From Candidatus Vogelbacteria bacterium (GTDB taxonomy: Bacteria > Patescibacteriota > Minisyncoccia > Phycocordibacterales > XYD1-FULL-46-19): DNA of 64,000 nucleotides. Every line of letters starts with the position of its first letter. Positions within the stretch are counted from its first letter, which is position 1. Shown here piece by piece: positions 36,187-46,470 of the stretch. Both the position numbers and the translations under genes were made by a program. Where the stretch lies: assembly GCA_021414225.1 (NCBI GenBank), contig JAIOOX010000004.1, positions 66,206 through 130,205 on the forward strand. Direction: 5' to 3'. The notes under the pieces were generated by a model. It saw only the letters and a list, made by a program, of their open reading frames with translations. It had not been told where the DNA came from and searched no databases.

Positions 36187-36771
36187 ATGTCTATCATTAA
36201 ACACAAAGGTCAGCGTGTCGGCGTTTTTATTGACACCCAAAACCTTTATCATAGTGCTAAAAATTTATACCATGCTCGAGTCAACTTTGGAGCTATTTTA
36301 AAAGATATTGTTGGTGCCCGCCAGTTAGTTCGGGCTTTAGCTTACGTTGTTAATACCGAAGCAGGGGACGAGAAAGCTTTTCTAGAGGCCTTGGGTAAAA
36401 TTGGCATCGAAGTTCGATCTAAGGACTTGCAAATCTTTGCTGGTGGAGCTAAGAAAGCTGACTGGGACGTCGGTCTAGCCGTTGACGCTATTCAACTGGC
36501 CCCAAAACTTGATGTAGTGGTAATCGTTTCTGGTGACGGTGACTTTATTCCACTGGTAGAGCATTTGCAATCCCTTGGTTGCCAAGTCGAGGTTGTTTCT
36601 TTTGGTAAAAGTTCTTCAGGTAAGCTAAAAGAAGCGACCGATGATTTTCTAGACCTAGATCTGCAACCGCGTAAATATCTAATCTCTTCAAATAACTACA
36701 GAGGTAATGGGCGCAAAGAAAAAACTAAGGATGAATCAGCCAACGAACCAGTAGTTCATATCGGAGAATAA
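36187..36771 (+). CDS. NYN-domain (LabA-like) protein
   Basis: VGVFIDTQNLYHSAK...DWDVGLAVDAIQLA...VVIVSGDGDFIPLVEHL. Confidence 0.75.
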   Translation: MSIIKHKGQRVGVFIDTQNLYHSAKNLYHARVNFGAILKDIVGARQLVRALAYVVNTEAGDEKAFLEALGKIGIEVRSKDLQIFAGGAKKADWDVGLAVDAIQLAPKLDVVVIVSGDGDFIPLVEHLQSLGCQVEVVSFGKSSSGKLKEATDDFLDLDLQPRKYLISSNNYRGNGRKEKTKDESANEPVVHIGE

Positions 36772-36871
36772 ACAGAAAAATTAGTTTTTTGATGGCTCCA
36801 GTTTTTAAATAAAAACTTAATCGAGTTTCATAAACAGAAAAAGCTAGAATCCTGTTCGTGGTCATTGTATA

Positions 36872-38101
36872 ATGATAAAACCTATGGCTGACGACTCTCA
36901 AATAAAAAATATTCAACCTTCAGAAAATTCTAGCGACGATTTTATTCCTTTACCAAAACAAGATCCTGTTAATATTGACCCCTCTGGTACTGTCACAGAT
37001 TCTCCAAACCGATCAAACTTAACTGACAAATTGAAAGCGGCTCGTTTGGCTATGCAGGGACCAGAACGAACTATTCAACGTGAACGCAATGAACGCGAAA
37101 GACAGATCGATAAAGAAAAAAGTGAATTGGGACAATCCTTAAGTCTGATTACGAAAAAAAAAGAAGATATGGAGATCGGGTGGGTAGTACTCGACAATAA
37201 ACGAGTTGATTTAAAAAAGATGCTCGCCCCGCTTTTGGATGAAGAAGAAAAATTAGAAACAGCTGAAGACGAACTCGAAGGCAGAGAACGAACAACAAGC
37301 TTACCAACTGATCGACAAAAAATAGAAAAAGAGCGTTGGGTTATTCAAGACAAACGAAAAGAACTTGAGAAACAGAAATGGGGATTTGAAGATAAGATCA
37401 CCAAAGTTGAAACCCTAATCAAAGAGAGTACTGAAAAATATCAGACTCTTTTAGACGAAGAGGAGATCACTATTAAAAAATTAGACGACTTGGAAAGCGA
37501 GCTATCACTAATCGCTGAGCAAGCCAGACTTGAAGAAGAGGAGGCAATGAGGAAGGCAGAAATAGCTCACTCCGAGATAGAGAAAAAAAGACGTGAAGAA
37601 GTAGCTAAAAAAGAACAGGCTGAGCTAGAGGTCAAAAGAAAAGAAGAGTTAGAGAAAAAAATAGCTGAAGAAAAAAAGAAGAAGGAAGCTGAGGAGATTA
37701 AAAAGCAAGAAGAACTAAAAAAACAAGAACAAGCAGCCAAGGCCAACACGGCCGCTAATTTAGAATTGGAAAAAGCCAAAGCGGCAGCTCTCGCTCAAAA
37801 AGCTATCGATGAAACCAAGAAAAAAGTTATCGAGATGGCGCAACTGAAAGCTCGAGGGGAAACTGAACTACAACGACAACAAGCTAGTAAAATAAATACT
37901 CTTGGAGTTACTCCAAATAATTCCGTTCCCGCTATTGATATAGTAAAAGAGGAAATCAAAACCAAACTATCTCAAATAAACACTAAAACTGAAAATGGGG
38001 ACATACCAGTTGCCACCACAGAAGAAGAAAATTTGTTACCCAAATTACGAACCCTAAAGAGTGACTTAGCAAAAATAAAAGGCATAGGTGGAAAAAATTA
38101 A
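36872..38101 (+). CDS. Hypothetical Glu/Lys-rich coiled-coil protein
   Basis: Long EK-rich helical region (EELEKKIAEEKKKKEAEEIKKQEELKKQEQ). Confidence 0.4.
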   Translation: MIKPMADDSQIKNIQPSENSSDDFIPLPKQDPVNIDPSGTVTDSPNRSNLTDKLKAARLAMQGPERTIQRERNERERQIDKEKSELGQSLSLITKKKEDMEIGWVVLDNKRVDLKKMLAPLLDEEEKLETAEDELEGRERTTSLPTDRQKIEKERWVIQDKRKELEKQKWGFEDKITKVETLIKESTEKYQTLLDEEEITIKKLDDLESELSLIAEQARLEEEEAMRKAEIAHSEIEKKRREEVAKKEQAELEVKRKEELEKKIAEEKKKKEAEEIKKQEELKKQEQAAKANTAANLELEKAKAAALAQKAIDETKKKVIEMAQLKARGETELQRQQASKINTLGVTPNNSVPAIDIVKEEIKTKLSQINTKTENGDIPVATTEEENLLPKLRTLKSDLAKIKGIGGKN

Positions 38102-38152
38102 TTTTTTTCTTAACAAAAAAAGTCTCTACCAATTAGTCAGTTTAAGATTATT

Positions 38153-39472
38153 ATGACCGAAGACAACCTACAAACAAAAATCCAAGCGGCTAAACAGGCC
38201 CTCACTGGAAATAAAAATCTAGGGTCTAATAATCTATTTGCGACTGAGTTGGTTTCACGACGTAAATCAACCTTGAGTTTAGTTGATGCCGATAGACAGA
38301 CTCTAAAGACCAACCCAACTTTAACCCCGGAAGAGATAGCTAAAAGGCGGGAACAAGCCAAGAGGGCTATGGAGAGCTTTGAACATAAACAACGTCGTGA
38401 AACTAGAGAAAAAAGGGAGCTTGAGAGTAGAGCCCTAGCCCAAAAAATAGAAGAGATGAAAAAAGCCAGACTAGATCTTGAACGTAAAAAATCATCAGAA
38501 GAATTTAAAGAAAGCGCTAAGATGGAAGAGGATAAGCGCAAGCTAAGTGAGGGTTATCAAAAAAAAGTAGCTGAAGCTCGGGCTGAAGTAGAGGCTATTA
38601 CAAAATCTCAGACCCAGAAGGTAAACACTTATCACACTCTTCAAACTGACATCAATGACCAAGTCACTTCTGGTGGCTTAACTTTGACCAAAATAGCTTT
38701 GGAAGATGAAGCAAGACATCGTTTAGAAACATTACCACGAGAACCAGTTGGGGTCAGTCGGGGTAAATTAATTTTAATCGGCAGTCTAGGTTTTATTATT
38801 TTAGGTATAGGATTTCTAACAATCAGTTTCGTAATAACAAGACCAGGTGTCTCTCAAGTACAACCAGTGGTTATTAACTCTATTGTTTTTGCTGAGGAGC
38901 ACCAGGAGGTGGTCACCGACAATCAAACACCAAACCAAATCCAAGATTTAATTAAAACTAATTTAAAAAAATCTTACTCCGCCAGTAAAGTAATTGATCT
39001 ATATCCAACCAAAACAATTACGACTGACAAAACCATCATCAAAAAAATATTATCTGGTCCAGAGATCTTAACCTTTTTTCAAATAGCTATTCCAATTAAT
39101 TTTACTCATTTTTTACTTGACCCTTTTATGATGGGGGTAGTCTCAGATCCAACCGCGACCAGTAGTGCACCCTTTTTCATTTTTAAAACTCGCTCATTTG
39201 AAAACACTCTCGACAGTATGTTACGTGAGGAAAATATCATTGTCGCCAATATTTTTGGCCCTCTAACTGAGAACAAAAACTCTATCCAGATTGGAAACTT
39301 TACAGACAAAATTATAAATAATATCGACACTAGGATTTTGTCTGACACAGATAACAACTCTCTCGCTATTTACGGTTTTGTTGATCGCTCAACCTTAATT
39401 ATGACTACAACGGAAGCGGCTTTCACTAAACTGTTAACGGCCTACCAAACTCCAAAACCCACTGTTAACTAG
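38153..39472 (+). CDS. Hypothetical coiled-coil protein with a central TM helix and a C-terminal extracytoplasmic domain
   Basis: N-terminal charged coiled coil, TM LILIGSLGFIILGIGFLTISFVI, about 220-aa C-terminal domain. Same architecture class as the preceding gene. Confidence 0.4.
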   Translation: MTEDNLQTKIQAAKQALTGNKNLGSNNLFATELVSRRKSTLSLVDADRQTLKTNPTLTPEEIAKRREQAKRAMESFEHKQRRETREKRELESRALAQKIEEMKKARLDLERKKSSEEFKESAKMEEDKRKLSEGYQKKVAEARAEVEAITKSQTQKVNTYHTLQTDINDQVTSGGLTLTKIALEDEARHRLETLPREPVGVSRGKLILIGSLGFIILGIGFLTISFVITRPGVSQVQPVVINSIVFAEEHQEVVTDNQTPNQIQDLIKTNLKKSYSASKVIDLYPTKTITTDKTIIKKILSGPEILTFFQIAIPINFTHFLLDPFMMGVVSDPTATSSAPFFIFKTRSFENTLDSMLREENIIVANIFGPLTENKNSIQIGNFTDKIINNIDTRILSDTDNNSLAIYGFVDRSTLIMTTTEAAFTKLLTAYQTPKPTVN

Positions 39473-39511
39473 ACTGATTGACCGACCCAATAGCTGTGTT
39501 AGACTATTTTT

Positions 39512-39886
39512 ATGGAACAAAATATATCTCATTTTAAAAATCTTTTATTAACTGAAAAAGAACAATTAGAAGCTGGTTTAAATGAAGTAGGCTTACCAGA
39601 CTCAGACCAGACTGGCGACTGGCACGCCGCACCAAGTGACCGCAGTGAAGTAGATATGCGTGACGATGTAGCGGACAGATTGGAGGACTTCGAAGAACAA
39701 GAAGCGACTGAGGTAAATCTTGAAAAACAATTACGTGATGTAACTTTAGCTTTAGAAAAAATAGAAGCTGGTACTTATGGTTTGTGTGAAATCGGAGGGG
39801 AGCCGATTGAAACAGATCGTTTAGAAGCAAACCCCGCTGCCCGTACTTGTAAAATTCACCTCAACGAAGAAGCCGATCTATCATAA
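39512..39886 (+). CDS. DksA/TraR-family-like protein (C-terminal zinc-finger region with only two Cys)
   Basis: Coiled-coil N-terminus and C-terminal GLCEIGGEPIETDRLEANPAARTCKIH resembling the DksA/YteA C-terminus. Confidence 0.45.
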   Translation: MEQNISHFKNLLLTEKEQLEAGLNEVGLPDSDQTGDWHAAPSDRSEVDMRDDVADRLEDFEEQEATEVNLEKQLRDVTLALEKIEAGTYGLCEIGGEPIETDRLEANPAARTCKIHLNEEADLS

Positions 39887-39900
39887 TTTAATTTTAAATT

Positions 39901-41451
39901 ATGTTTGCCAAAATTCACTCCGTCCAAATAGTTGGTTTAAGACCAGACATTATTGATGTTGAAGTAGATATTGGTAAAGGTCTTCATTCTTTTGCTGTCG
40001 TCGGCTTGCCAGACAAAGCAGTTGAAGAGGCCAAGGATCGTATAAATGCGGCCATTAAAAATAGTGGCTTCAAAGCCCCTGCACGTGGTAATAAAAAAGT
40101 AATTATTTCTTTAGCCCCAGCTGACATTAAAAAAGAAGGTACCCATTTTGACCTACCAATCGCTCTTGGTTTTTTACTAGCTAATGGTGATATAAAATTT
40201 GACCCAACTGGTAAAATATTTATTGGCGAACTAGGCCTGTCTGGTGACTTGCGTCCAGGTAAAGGTATCTTACTTTTAGTAAAGAAGGCAAAAGAAGCAG
40301 GTTTCACAGAAATATTTGTTCCAAAAGCTAATAGTAAAGAGGCTGCCCTAATAAGGGGTATTTCTGTTTATGGGGTTGATCACTTGAAAACTTTAGTTTC
40401 ACACTTATCTGGTCCACCCATCAGGGAAACATCTTCCCGGGTTGAAAAAATAAATCTAACAGCTGAACCTGTTACCGTTGTTGAGCCAACAGAAATTTTT
40501 ACATTAATAGATTTTGCTGATATTAAAAGTCAAAGTACCACCAAAAGGGGATTAGAAATTGCTGCCGCAGGCGGACACAATGTTTCCATGTTTGGTCCAC
40601 CAGGTACAGGTAAGACCATGTTAGCTAAAGCTTTTGCTGGTATCCTACCACCCTTATCATTTGAAGAAATTTTGGAAGTGACCGGCATCCATTCAGCCGC
40701 TGGAGTACTAGAAGAAGAACTTATTACCGCCCCACCATTTCGGGCCCCTCATCATACCGCTAGCTATGTTTCACTAGTTGGCGGTGGGACTTGGCCTAAA
40801 CCAGGTGAGATCACTTTAGCTCATCGAGGAGTTTTATTTCTCGATGAATTTCCAGAGTTTGAAAAGAGAGTCATTGAAGCCCTACGACAACCTTTAGAAG
40901 ATCGGGTGATCACAGTCGCTCGAGCCAAACACACAACCCGATTCCCAGCTCAAGTTATTTTGATCGCAGCTATGAATCCTTGTCCTTGTGGTAATAGAGG
41001 GACAAAAAATAAAGAGTGTGTCTGTTCCCAGCTAGATATCATGCGTTATGATCGAAAATTATCGGGTCCGATTATGGATCGAATTGATATCTGGCTTCAA
41101 GTACCACCAGTTGATTATATAAAACTATCTGACAACGCCAGCGAAGAGACTTCTCATAAAATAAAAACTCGAGTTTTAAGTGCTCGTCAAAAACAAATAA
41201 AAAGATTTGCTGGGACCAATCTAAAGAGCAACAGCGAGATGAATGTTAAGGATTTAAAAAAATTTGCTCCCCTTGGTGAAAACGAAACAAAACTCTTAAA
41301 TAATTCAGCAGCTCGCTTGGACCTCTCGGCCAGAGCTTATCATCGAGTTATTAAACTAGCCCGAACTATAGCTGATCTGGCCAGTGCTGAAAATATTGAA
41401 GAAAGCCATCTTCTCGAAGCTCTCCAATACCGACCTAAAAGTTTAAACTAA
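39901..41451 (+). CDS. comM: Mg-chelatase-like AAA ATPase ComM/YifB
   Basis: N-terminal Lon-like SSD, Walker A GPPGTGKTMLAK, arginine-finger region, C-terminal ChlI domain; 516 aa. Confidence 0.9.
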   Translation: MFAKIHSVQIVGLRPDIIDVEVDIGKGLHSFAVVGLPDKAVEEAKDRINAAIKNSGFKAPARGNKKVIISLAPADIKKEGTHFDLPIALGFLLANGDIKFDPTGKIFIGELGLSGDLRPGKGILLLVKKAKEAGFTEIFVPKANSKEAALIRGISVYGVDHLKTLVSHLSGPPIRETSSRVEKINLTAEPVTVVEPTEIFTLIDFADIKSQSTTKRGLEIAAAGGHNVSMFGPPGTGKTMLAKAFAGILPPLSFEEILEVTGIHSAAGVLEEELITAPPFRAPHHTASYVSLVGGGTWPKPGEITLAHRGVLFLDEFPEFEKRVIEALRQPLEDRVITVARAKHTTRFPAQVILIAAMNPCPCGNRGTKNKECVCSQLDIMRYDRKLSGPIMDRIDIWLQVPPVDYIKLSDNASEETSHKIKTRVLSARQKQIKRFAGTNLKSNSEMNVKDLKKFAPLGENETKLLNNSAARLDLSARAYHRVIKLARTIADLASAENIEESHLLEALQYRPKSLN

Positions 41452-41460
41452 AAAATACAA

Positions 41461-41490
41461 AAAAAAGCGCAAACCTGCGCTTTTTTGTTT
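41461..41490. terminator. Bidirectional terminator between comM (+) and the LOG gene (-)
   Basis: aaaaaagcgca-aacc-tgcgctttttt. Confidence 0.6.
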
Positions 41491-41503
41491 GTTAAAAATA
41501 AAT

Positions 41504-42232
41504 TTAAGCGTCAAACCGAACCGGAGCAATCTTGATTAATTCAACAATCGTTTCAGGGTCATCTAAAATAGTGTAGAGGTCCATATCTATTTCATCAATA
41601 GCCTGAAATTTTTCATAAATAGTTTTTTGAATAAACTCGTGCAATGGAGCCCAATATTCTTTACCCACCAAGATAACCGGCACGCGAGGAATTTTTTTAG
41701 TTTGAATTAAGGTGATTATTTCAAAAAATTCATCTAGCGTCCCGAAGCCGCCAGGAAAATAAACAAAGGCCTCGGCTGAAAAAGATAAGCACACCTTGCG
41801 AGTAAAAAAATAATGGAAACCAACATGTCCTGTAACATAAGGATTTGTAGCTTGTTCTTGAGGTAATTCAATTGTTAAACCCAACGAGGACCCTCCGGCT
41901 TCGTAGGCACCTCGGTTACCACCTTCCATAATACCTGGACCACCACCAGTTAATACCGCATAACCATTATCAGCTAGACGACGAGCTAAAATTCTCGCTT
42001 GTTCATAATAAGAATGATTTTCTTTAAAGCGAGCGGAGCCAAAGAAAGTAACTGATTTATGATATTTTCTAATAAAATCAAGGCCGTCCGTAAACTCTTT
42101 ATTAATCTCTAGTAATCGCTCCTGAATTGCTTCGCCCAACATTTCCATTGTCATTGGCTTAATCGGTAATTCAGATTCTGGCACATTAACTTCGTCTTTA
42201 GTTGGGTCTGAAGTATGAATATTTGGTTGCAT
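41504..42232 (-). CDS. LOG-family (TIGR00730) nucleotide 5'-monophosphate nucleosidase-like protein
   Basis: LTGGGPGIMEGGNRGA and PGGFGTLDEFFE motifs. Confidence 0.85.
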   Translation of the reverse strand: MQPNIHTSDPTKDEVNVPESELPIKPMTMEMLGEAIQERLLEINKEFTDGLDFIRKYHKSVTFFGSARFKENHSYYEQARILARRLADNGYAVLTGGGPGIMEGGNRGAYEAGGSSLGLTIELPQEQATNPYVTGHVGFHYFFTRKVCLSFSAEAFVYFPGGFGTLDEFFEIITLIQTKKIPRVPVILVGKEYWAPLHEFIQKTIYEKFQAIDEIDMDLYTILDDPETIVELIKIAPVRFDA

Positions 42233-42265
42233 ATGGAGGTTATATTAACACAAAAATGGAGTAAC

Positions 42266-42314
42266 CAAAAAACCCACCCTGTCACTCAATAGAGTGACAG
42301 GGTGGGTTTTTTTA
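42266..42314. terminator. 18-bp perfect-stem terminator after the M23 peptidase gene
   Basis: aaaaacccaccctgtcactc-aatag-agtgacagggtgggttttttt. Confidence 0.6.
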
Positions 42315-42321
42315 TTCTTAA

Positions 42322-43374
42322 TTAAAATGGATTTGGTGCCCCACGAATTTCAAAGTGGAGATGAGTACCAGTAGAACGACCAGAGGAACCCATTTGGCCA
42401 ATAACCTCACCTTGAGAAACCGTCTGCCCGACGCCGACATTAACATTGAGTAAATGGGCGTACAAAGTTTGAGTATTATTTTTATGTTTAATGACAATAT
42501 AATTACCATAGCCACCATTCCAACCACCGGTTTTAGCCACAATAACCGTTCCTGAAGCCGAAGCATAAATTTCTGAACCTAACTTATTAGCCAAGTCCAC
42601 ACCGTTTTGTCCGTGGATACCTTGTGTTTTTAAGCCACCACGAGTCGGCCTTAAGTAATAACCAGAATAAACCAATTTATTAGGACTAGGAATTCTAACT
42701 TCACCTCTGACTGGTTGTTTAACAACCGCCACAGGAGGGGCCACTTCTCCATTCGGTACGATTATTTCCATACCCACAGTCAGTTTTGTATCTACTTCTA
42801 AGTTATTAAATTGAGCAATTTCCCTAGCATCACCTTTATACTTTTTAGCAATCGAAGCAACCGTATCTCCTTTAACCACCAAGTGCTTTACTCCTGAAAT
42901 AGGCAAAATAATCAAAACCTGACCTTCCTTTATTGGCTGATTCTTCTTTAAGTCATTGGCCCAGATTATAGTGTTAACAGATACCCCAAACATATTCGCA
43001 ATAGCTGGCAAAGAATCTCCAGTATGAACCACATAAACACTAATATGATCAGCCTTACTAGGTAAGTCTTGGATGTCCACTGCTGTACCTAGTGGACCAG
43101 TCTCGGCCACTAAAGCACTATCATTAACAATCACTATTTCTGCATCAACTAAACCTTTCTTGTCAGCCCCTATGGACATATTACTATTCTCTAATAAAGG
43201 AATCGTCTGCGAGTTTAAAAGTGAAACACTGTCAAGAGTTTGATTTTTATTCACTATAGAAGACAAAACAGAAAGCACTCCAGCCTGAACACTGGTCGCC
43301 ACACTCAAACAAATAATCACACCCAAAAAAAAGACCGTCCGACTAAAAATCGATGCCTTGAGTTTAAATATCAA
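42322..43374 (-). CDS. Secreted M23-family metallopeptidase with two LysM domains (peptidoglycan hydrolase)
   Basis: Signal/TM N-terminus. LysM repeats (HTGDSLPAIANMFGVSVNTIIWAN; KGDTVASIAKKYKGDAREIAQFN). M23 HxxxD...HLHFE catalytic motifs. Confidence 0.9.
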   Translation of the reverse strand: MIFKLKASIFSRTVFFLGVIICLSVATSVQAGVLSVLSSIVNKNQTLDSVSLLNSQTIPLLENSNMSIGADKKGLVDAEIVIVNDSALVAETGPLGTAVDIQDLPSKADHISVYVVHTGDSLPAIANMFGVSVNTIIWANDLKKNQPIKEGQVLIILPISGVKHLVVKGDTVASIAKKYKGDAREIAQFNNLEVDTKLTVGMEIIVPNGEVAPPVAVVKQPVRGEVRIPSPNKLVYSGYYLRPTRGGLKTQGIHGQNGVDLANKLGSEIYASASGTVIVAKTGGWNGGYGNYIVIKHKNNTQTLYAHLLNVNVGVGQTVSQGEVIGQMGSSGRSTGTHLHFEIRGAPNPF

Positions 43375-43588
43375 GCCCTTTCTGGATAAACCAAGAACAG
43401 AACGTTTTAAGAATCGAGGTAAAATAAGTCCCTAAAATAAGCTTCTAATCAGCATCCCGACAAAATATGGCTCAACAAAGCCCTATTAAAAATCAAAGCC
43501 AATCTGATTAACTAAATAATTATACTAAATGAGGTCTTAAGAGCAATAACTCCAAGTATAAGACAGTGGATAGGAAAAACTGTCAAAA

Positions 43589-45964
43589 CTAACCCCTGAG
43601 GCGGTCTAAGATCTCTCTTTCAATGTCAATCAGGTCACGCCCGTAGGTTAAACGGGATAGTTCTTTTAGTTTATCTTTAACCTCACTTGATCCTGATACT
43701 GCTCGATTGGTCTTAAAGTTAAAAGGTTTGGCCGGTTCTCCATTTAAGAGTAATTTAGCAAAGGCATTTTGATTTTCAATCGTAATTAAATCTCGTTCAT
43801 TAAAGGTTGGCCCAAAATGTTTAACTAAGCTTTCCGCGTCAGCTGCACCCACCCGAAAGGCAGTCATTGACCCAACGTTACCAAAAACTGACTCCCTAAT
43901 CTCATCTGTTAATTGAGCAATAAACTGATGGGCAATTACTAAGTTAAGGCGATATTTACGAGCCTCGGACAAAATGACTGAAATCGAGTCTGTCGTAAAA
44001 TTTTGAAACTCATCAATATAGAGATAAAAGTCTCGTCGAGCTGATTCCTCAACATCGGTCCTTGATAAAGCTGCTAACAATATCCGACCGGTAATCACCA
44101 TCCCTAAAAGACCAGCGTTAATATCACCGATTCGGCCTTTAGCTAAATTAACTAGCAAGATTTTTCCTTCGTCCATAACTTGGCGAAAATTAAAAGCAGA
44201 TTGAGGTTGTCCAATAATCGGCCTCATATAGTCGTTAGCGATGAAGTTGCCAAATTTGGAAGTAATATAAGGGGTCATATTAGCCAATCCCTGTTCACCG
44301 GTTGTTTTACTAGCTTCTTTAGTCCAAAAATCAATCACCGTTGGATTAGTAATCCGTGCTAGTTTTTTATTACGAAATTCTGGATCAGTAAAAATCCGCG
44401 GCACTTCCATTAAGGTAGCTGGTTCATTTTTAGCATCCTCCATCAACAACAATAGCGAGTTACGCATATATTGTTCAAACATCGGCCCCATAGTCTCCTT
44501 ATCAAATAGGCGATTGAAGATTGATTGTATTTCGTTAACAATAAAAGTCTTTTCTTCCGGTCGACTAAAATCGTACTCCAACATGTTTAAGCCAAGGGGA
44601 CGAGATAAGTCACCTGGATCAAAAACTATCACATCATCAATCCTTTCAATTGGCACTCGAGCCAAAATATCGTCAATCAAGTCGCCATGGGGATCAATCA
44701 CACATAAACCTTTACCAGCTTCCATATCTTGGACTGCCATATTAAGCATCATAAAAGATTTACCGGTTCCTGTTTGGCCGACAGTATAGAAGTGGCGACG
44801 ACGATCCTTGTCTGTCATTCGGACCAATTTTTCCTCTCCTCTAAAAGTACTAGTACCAACAATTACCCCTTCATCTGGCAGATTATTCGGTGGCTCAGCT
44901 TCTCGAGCTTTAAGCCAATTAATGCGAGGAATGTTAATCGTCGCTGTTGGTAAATGGAAAATACTAGCCACTTCTTCAGTATTTAAAACCATCGCATTAT
45001 GACTAACGAATTCTCGAAAAATATAATCAAACATTAATCTTTTCAAGGTCCTTGGTTTAACTACTTTAAAACCATTACGCAACGGCGCTGTGTATTGACT
45101 AAATGAACCAGCTAATGACAATAAAATATCCTCCGCTCGAGCCTGGGTTCCCGATGAGGTAACCAATCTAACATTAACCGCAAAAAGAGGTTTAGATATT
45201 TTTTGGCTCAAAGTTTTTACCATCTCTTCATCAACTACTCCCGAATTAGCCGGACTAGCTTCAGTAGTAACAGTCCCAGGGGCCATCATTTTACCAACAA
45301 ACTCCAACTCTTTTGGCGGTTTTAAATCAAATAATGGTTTTTTTATAATATCTGCAAATTTTTTTCCTTGTTTTAGAGATTCAATCGCGTTATTTATTTT
45401 TTTATTTTCATCGCCATAAGCTGGCCGCAAAACTACTTGTAATGAAGCTCCGTCACCAGTTTCAGCCAACTTAGACAACGTAGTGACAATCCCAGCAAAA
45501 GTATCAATCCCACTTTCTCGGTAAGTTCTGATCGGCAAAAGCGGCGTTTTGTTTAAAGTTAGATAAGCACCAACGCTACCACCATCTGGATTAAAGATAG
45601 TGTAATCGTGAGCATCAGCCACTTGAGCATCAGGGAAAAAACCCCTAATTTGTTGTTTGACAAAATCACTGACTTCTCTAGGTACAGCAATGTAAAAATG
45701 AATATCGCCCAAACTATTGTGAACGGATGTTTCCAGGACACAAGGCTTGTTAATAGCCGCCAAAGCACTAATAAATTGTTCTGTTTTATTAATCTCGTCA
45801 GTAAAATCTTTCTGTTCTTCAAGTCTGGACTGAGGCAGCCGAACACTCATCACCTTTAAGTTAAGGGCATCGAAAGATGGCTTCCGTCTCAATAAAAAAA
45901 TCCCCACCACTATAGTTGTTAGGACCAAGAGTGAACCAATGACTAAAGTAGGAGAAATTAACAT
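43589..45964 (-). CDS. VirD4/TraG/TraD-like T4SS coupling-protein ATPase (FtsK/HerA superfamily, DUF87-like)
   Basis: N-terminal TM. Walker A VGQTGTGKSF, CVIDPHGD, Walker B LYIDEFQNF. 791 aa. Confidence 0.55.
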   Translation of the reverse strand: MLISPTLVIGSLLVLTTIVVGIFLLRRKPSFDALNLKVMSVRLPQSRLEEQKDFTDEINKTEQFISALAAINKPCVLETSVHNSLGDIHFYIAVPREVSDFVKQQIRGFFPDAQVADAHDYTIFNPDGGSVGAYLTLNKTPLLPIRTYRESGIDTFAGIVTTLSKLAETGDGASLQVVLRPAYGDENKKINNAIESLKQGKKFADIIKKPLFDLKPPKELEFVGKMMAPGTVTTEASPANSGVVDEEMVKTLSQKISKPLFAVNVRLVTSSGTQARAEDILLSLAGSFSQYTAPLRNGFKVVKPRTLKRLMFDYIFREFVSHNAMVLNTEEVASIFHLPTATINIPRINWLKAREAEPPNNLPDEGVIVGTSTFRGEEKLVRMTDKDRRRHFYTVGQTGTGKSFMMLNMAVQDMEAGKGLCVIDPHGDLIDDILARVPIERIDDVIVFDPGDLSRPLGLNMLEYDFSRPEEKTFIVNEIQSIFNRLFDKETMGPMFEQYMRNSLLLLMEDAKNEPATLMEVPRIFTDPEFRNKKLARITNPTVIDFWTKEASKTTGEQGLANMTPYITSKFGNFIANDYMRPIIGQPQSAFNFRQVMDEGKILLVNLAKGRIGDINAGLLGMVITGRILLAALSRTDVEESARRDFYLYIDEFQNFTTDSISVILSEARKYRLNLVIAHQFIAQLTDEIRESVFGNVGSMTAFRVGAADAESLVKHFGPTFNERDLITIENQNAFAKLLLNGEPAKPFNFKTNRAVSGSSEVKDKLKELSRLTYGRDLIDIEREILDRLRG

Positions 45965-45969
45965 AATCT

Positions 45970-46431
45970 CTAAGAAATTAAGCCTCTAGACTTTAACTCG
46001 TCATAAAGTTTGTCAACTAAAGCATCGTGGAAAGCATCCAAAATAAAAGGTGAGTGGGTGAGGGCTTGATTAATAACCTGCTTTATTCCCTTAACCGGAA
46101 CCAGGGCAATTAAATTATTTATAACAGCCACCGATTGATCATCTAGAGTATCTAAATAACTCTGGTCGCCAACTACCGACTTGGCGACCACCGGCGTAAC
46201 TCCCGCCGGGGCCAAATCTACCCCCACCTGCTCGGTTGAGGTAGTCTGTTCACTAGAGACAAAATTTTCTGTTATCGTCTCACTGATAACTTCGTGATCA
46301 GAAACCACCCCTCTTTCCGATTCTAGTTGTTTTCGTTTAACACTAATTTGACGAGACAACTCTGCTATTTCAGCTTCTAAATTATGAGAGTTGTTCCAAG
46401 TTATATTTTCAGGCATAATGACATTATACAA
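45970..46431 (-). CDS. Hypothetical protein; 6 nt separate its stop from the VirD4-like gene's start
   Basis: 153-aa ORF with a short coiled-coil segment; no recognisable motif. Confidence 0.35.
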   Translation of the reverse strand: MYNVIMPENITWNNSHNLEAEIAELSRQISVKRKQLESERGVVSDHEVISETITENFVSSEQTTSTEQVGVDLAPAGVTPVVAKSVVGDQSYLDTLDDQSVAVINNLIALVPVKGIKQVINQALTHSPFILDAFHDALVDKLYDELKSRGLIS

Positions 46432-46470
46432 TAAAAGAGACTAAACCCCAGACTTTGTAAATATAAATCT

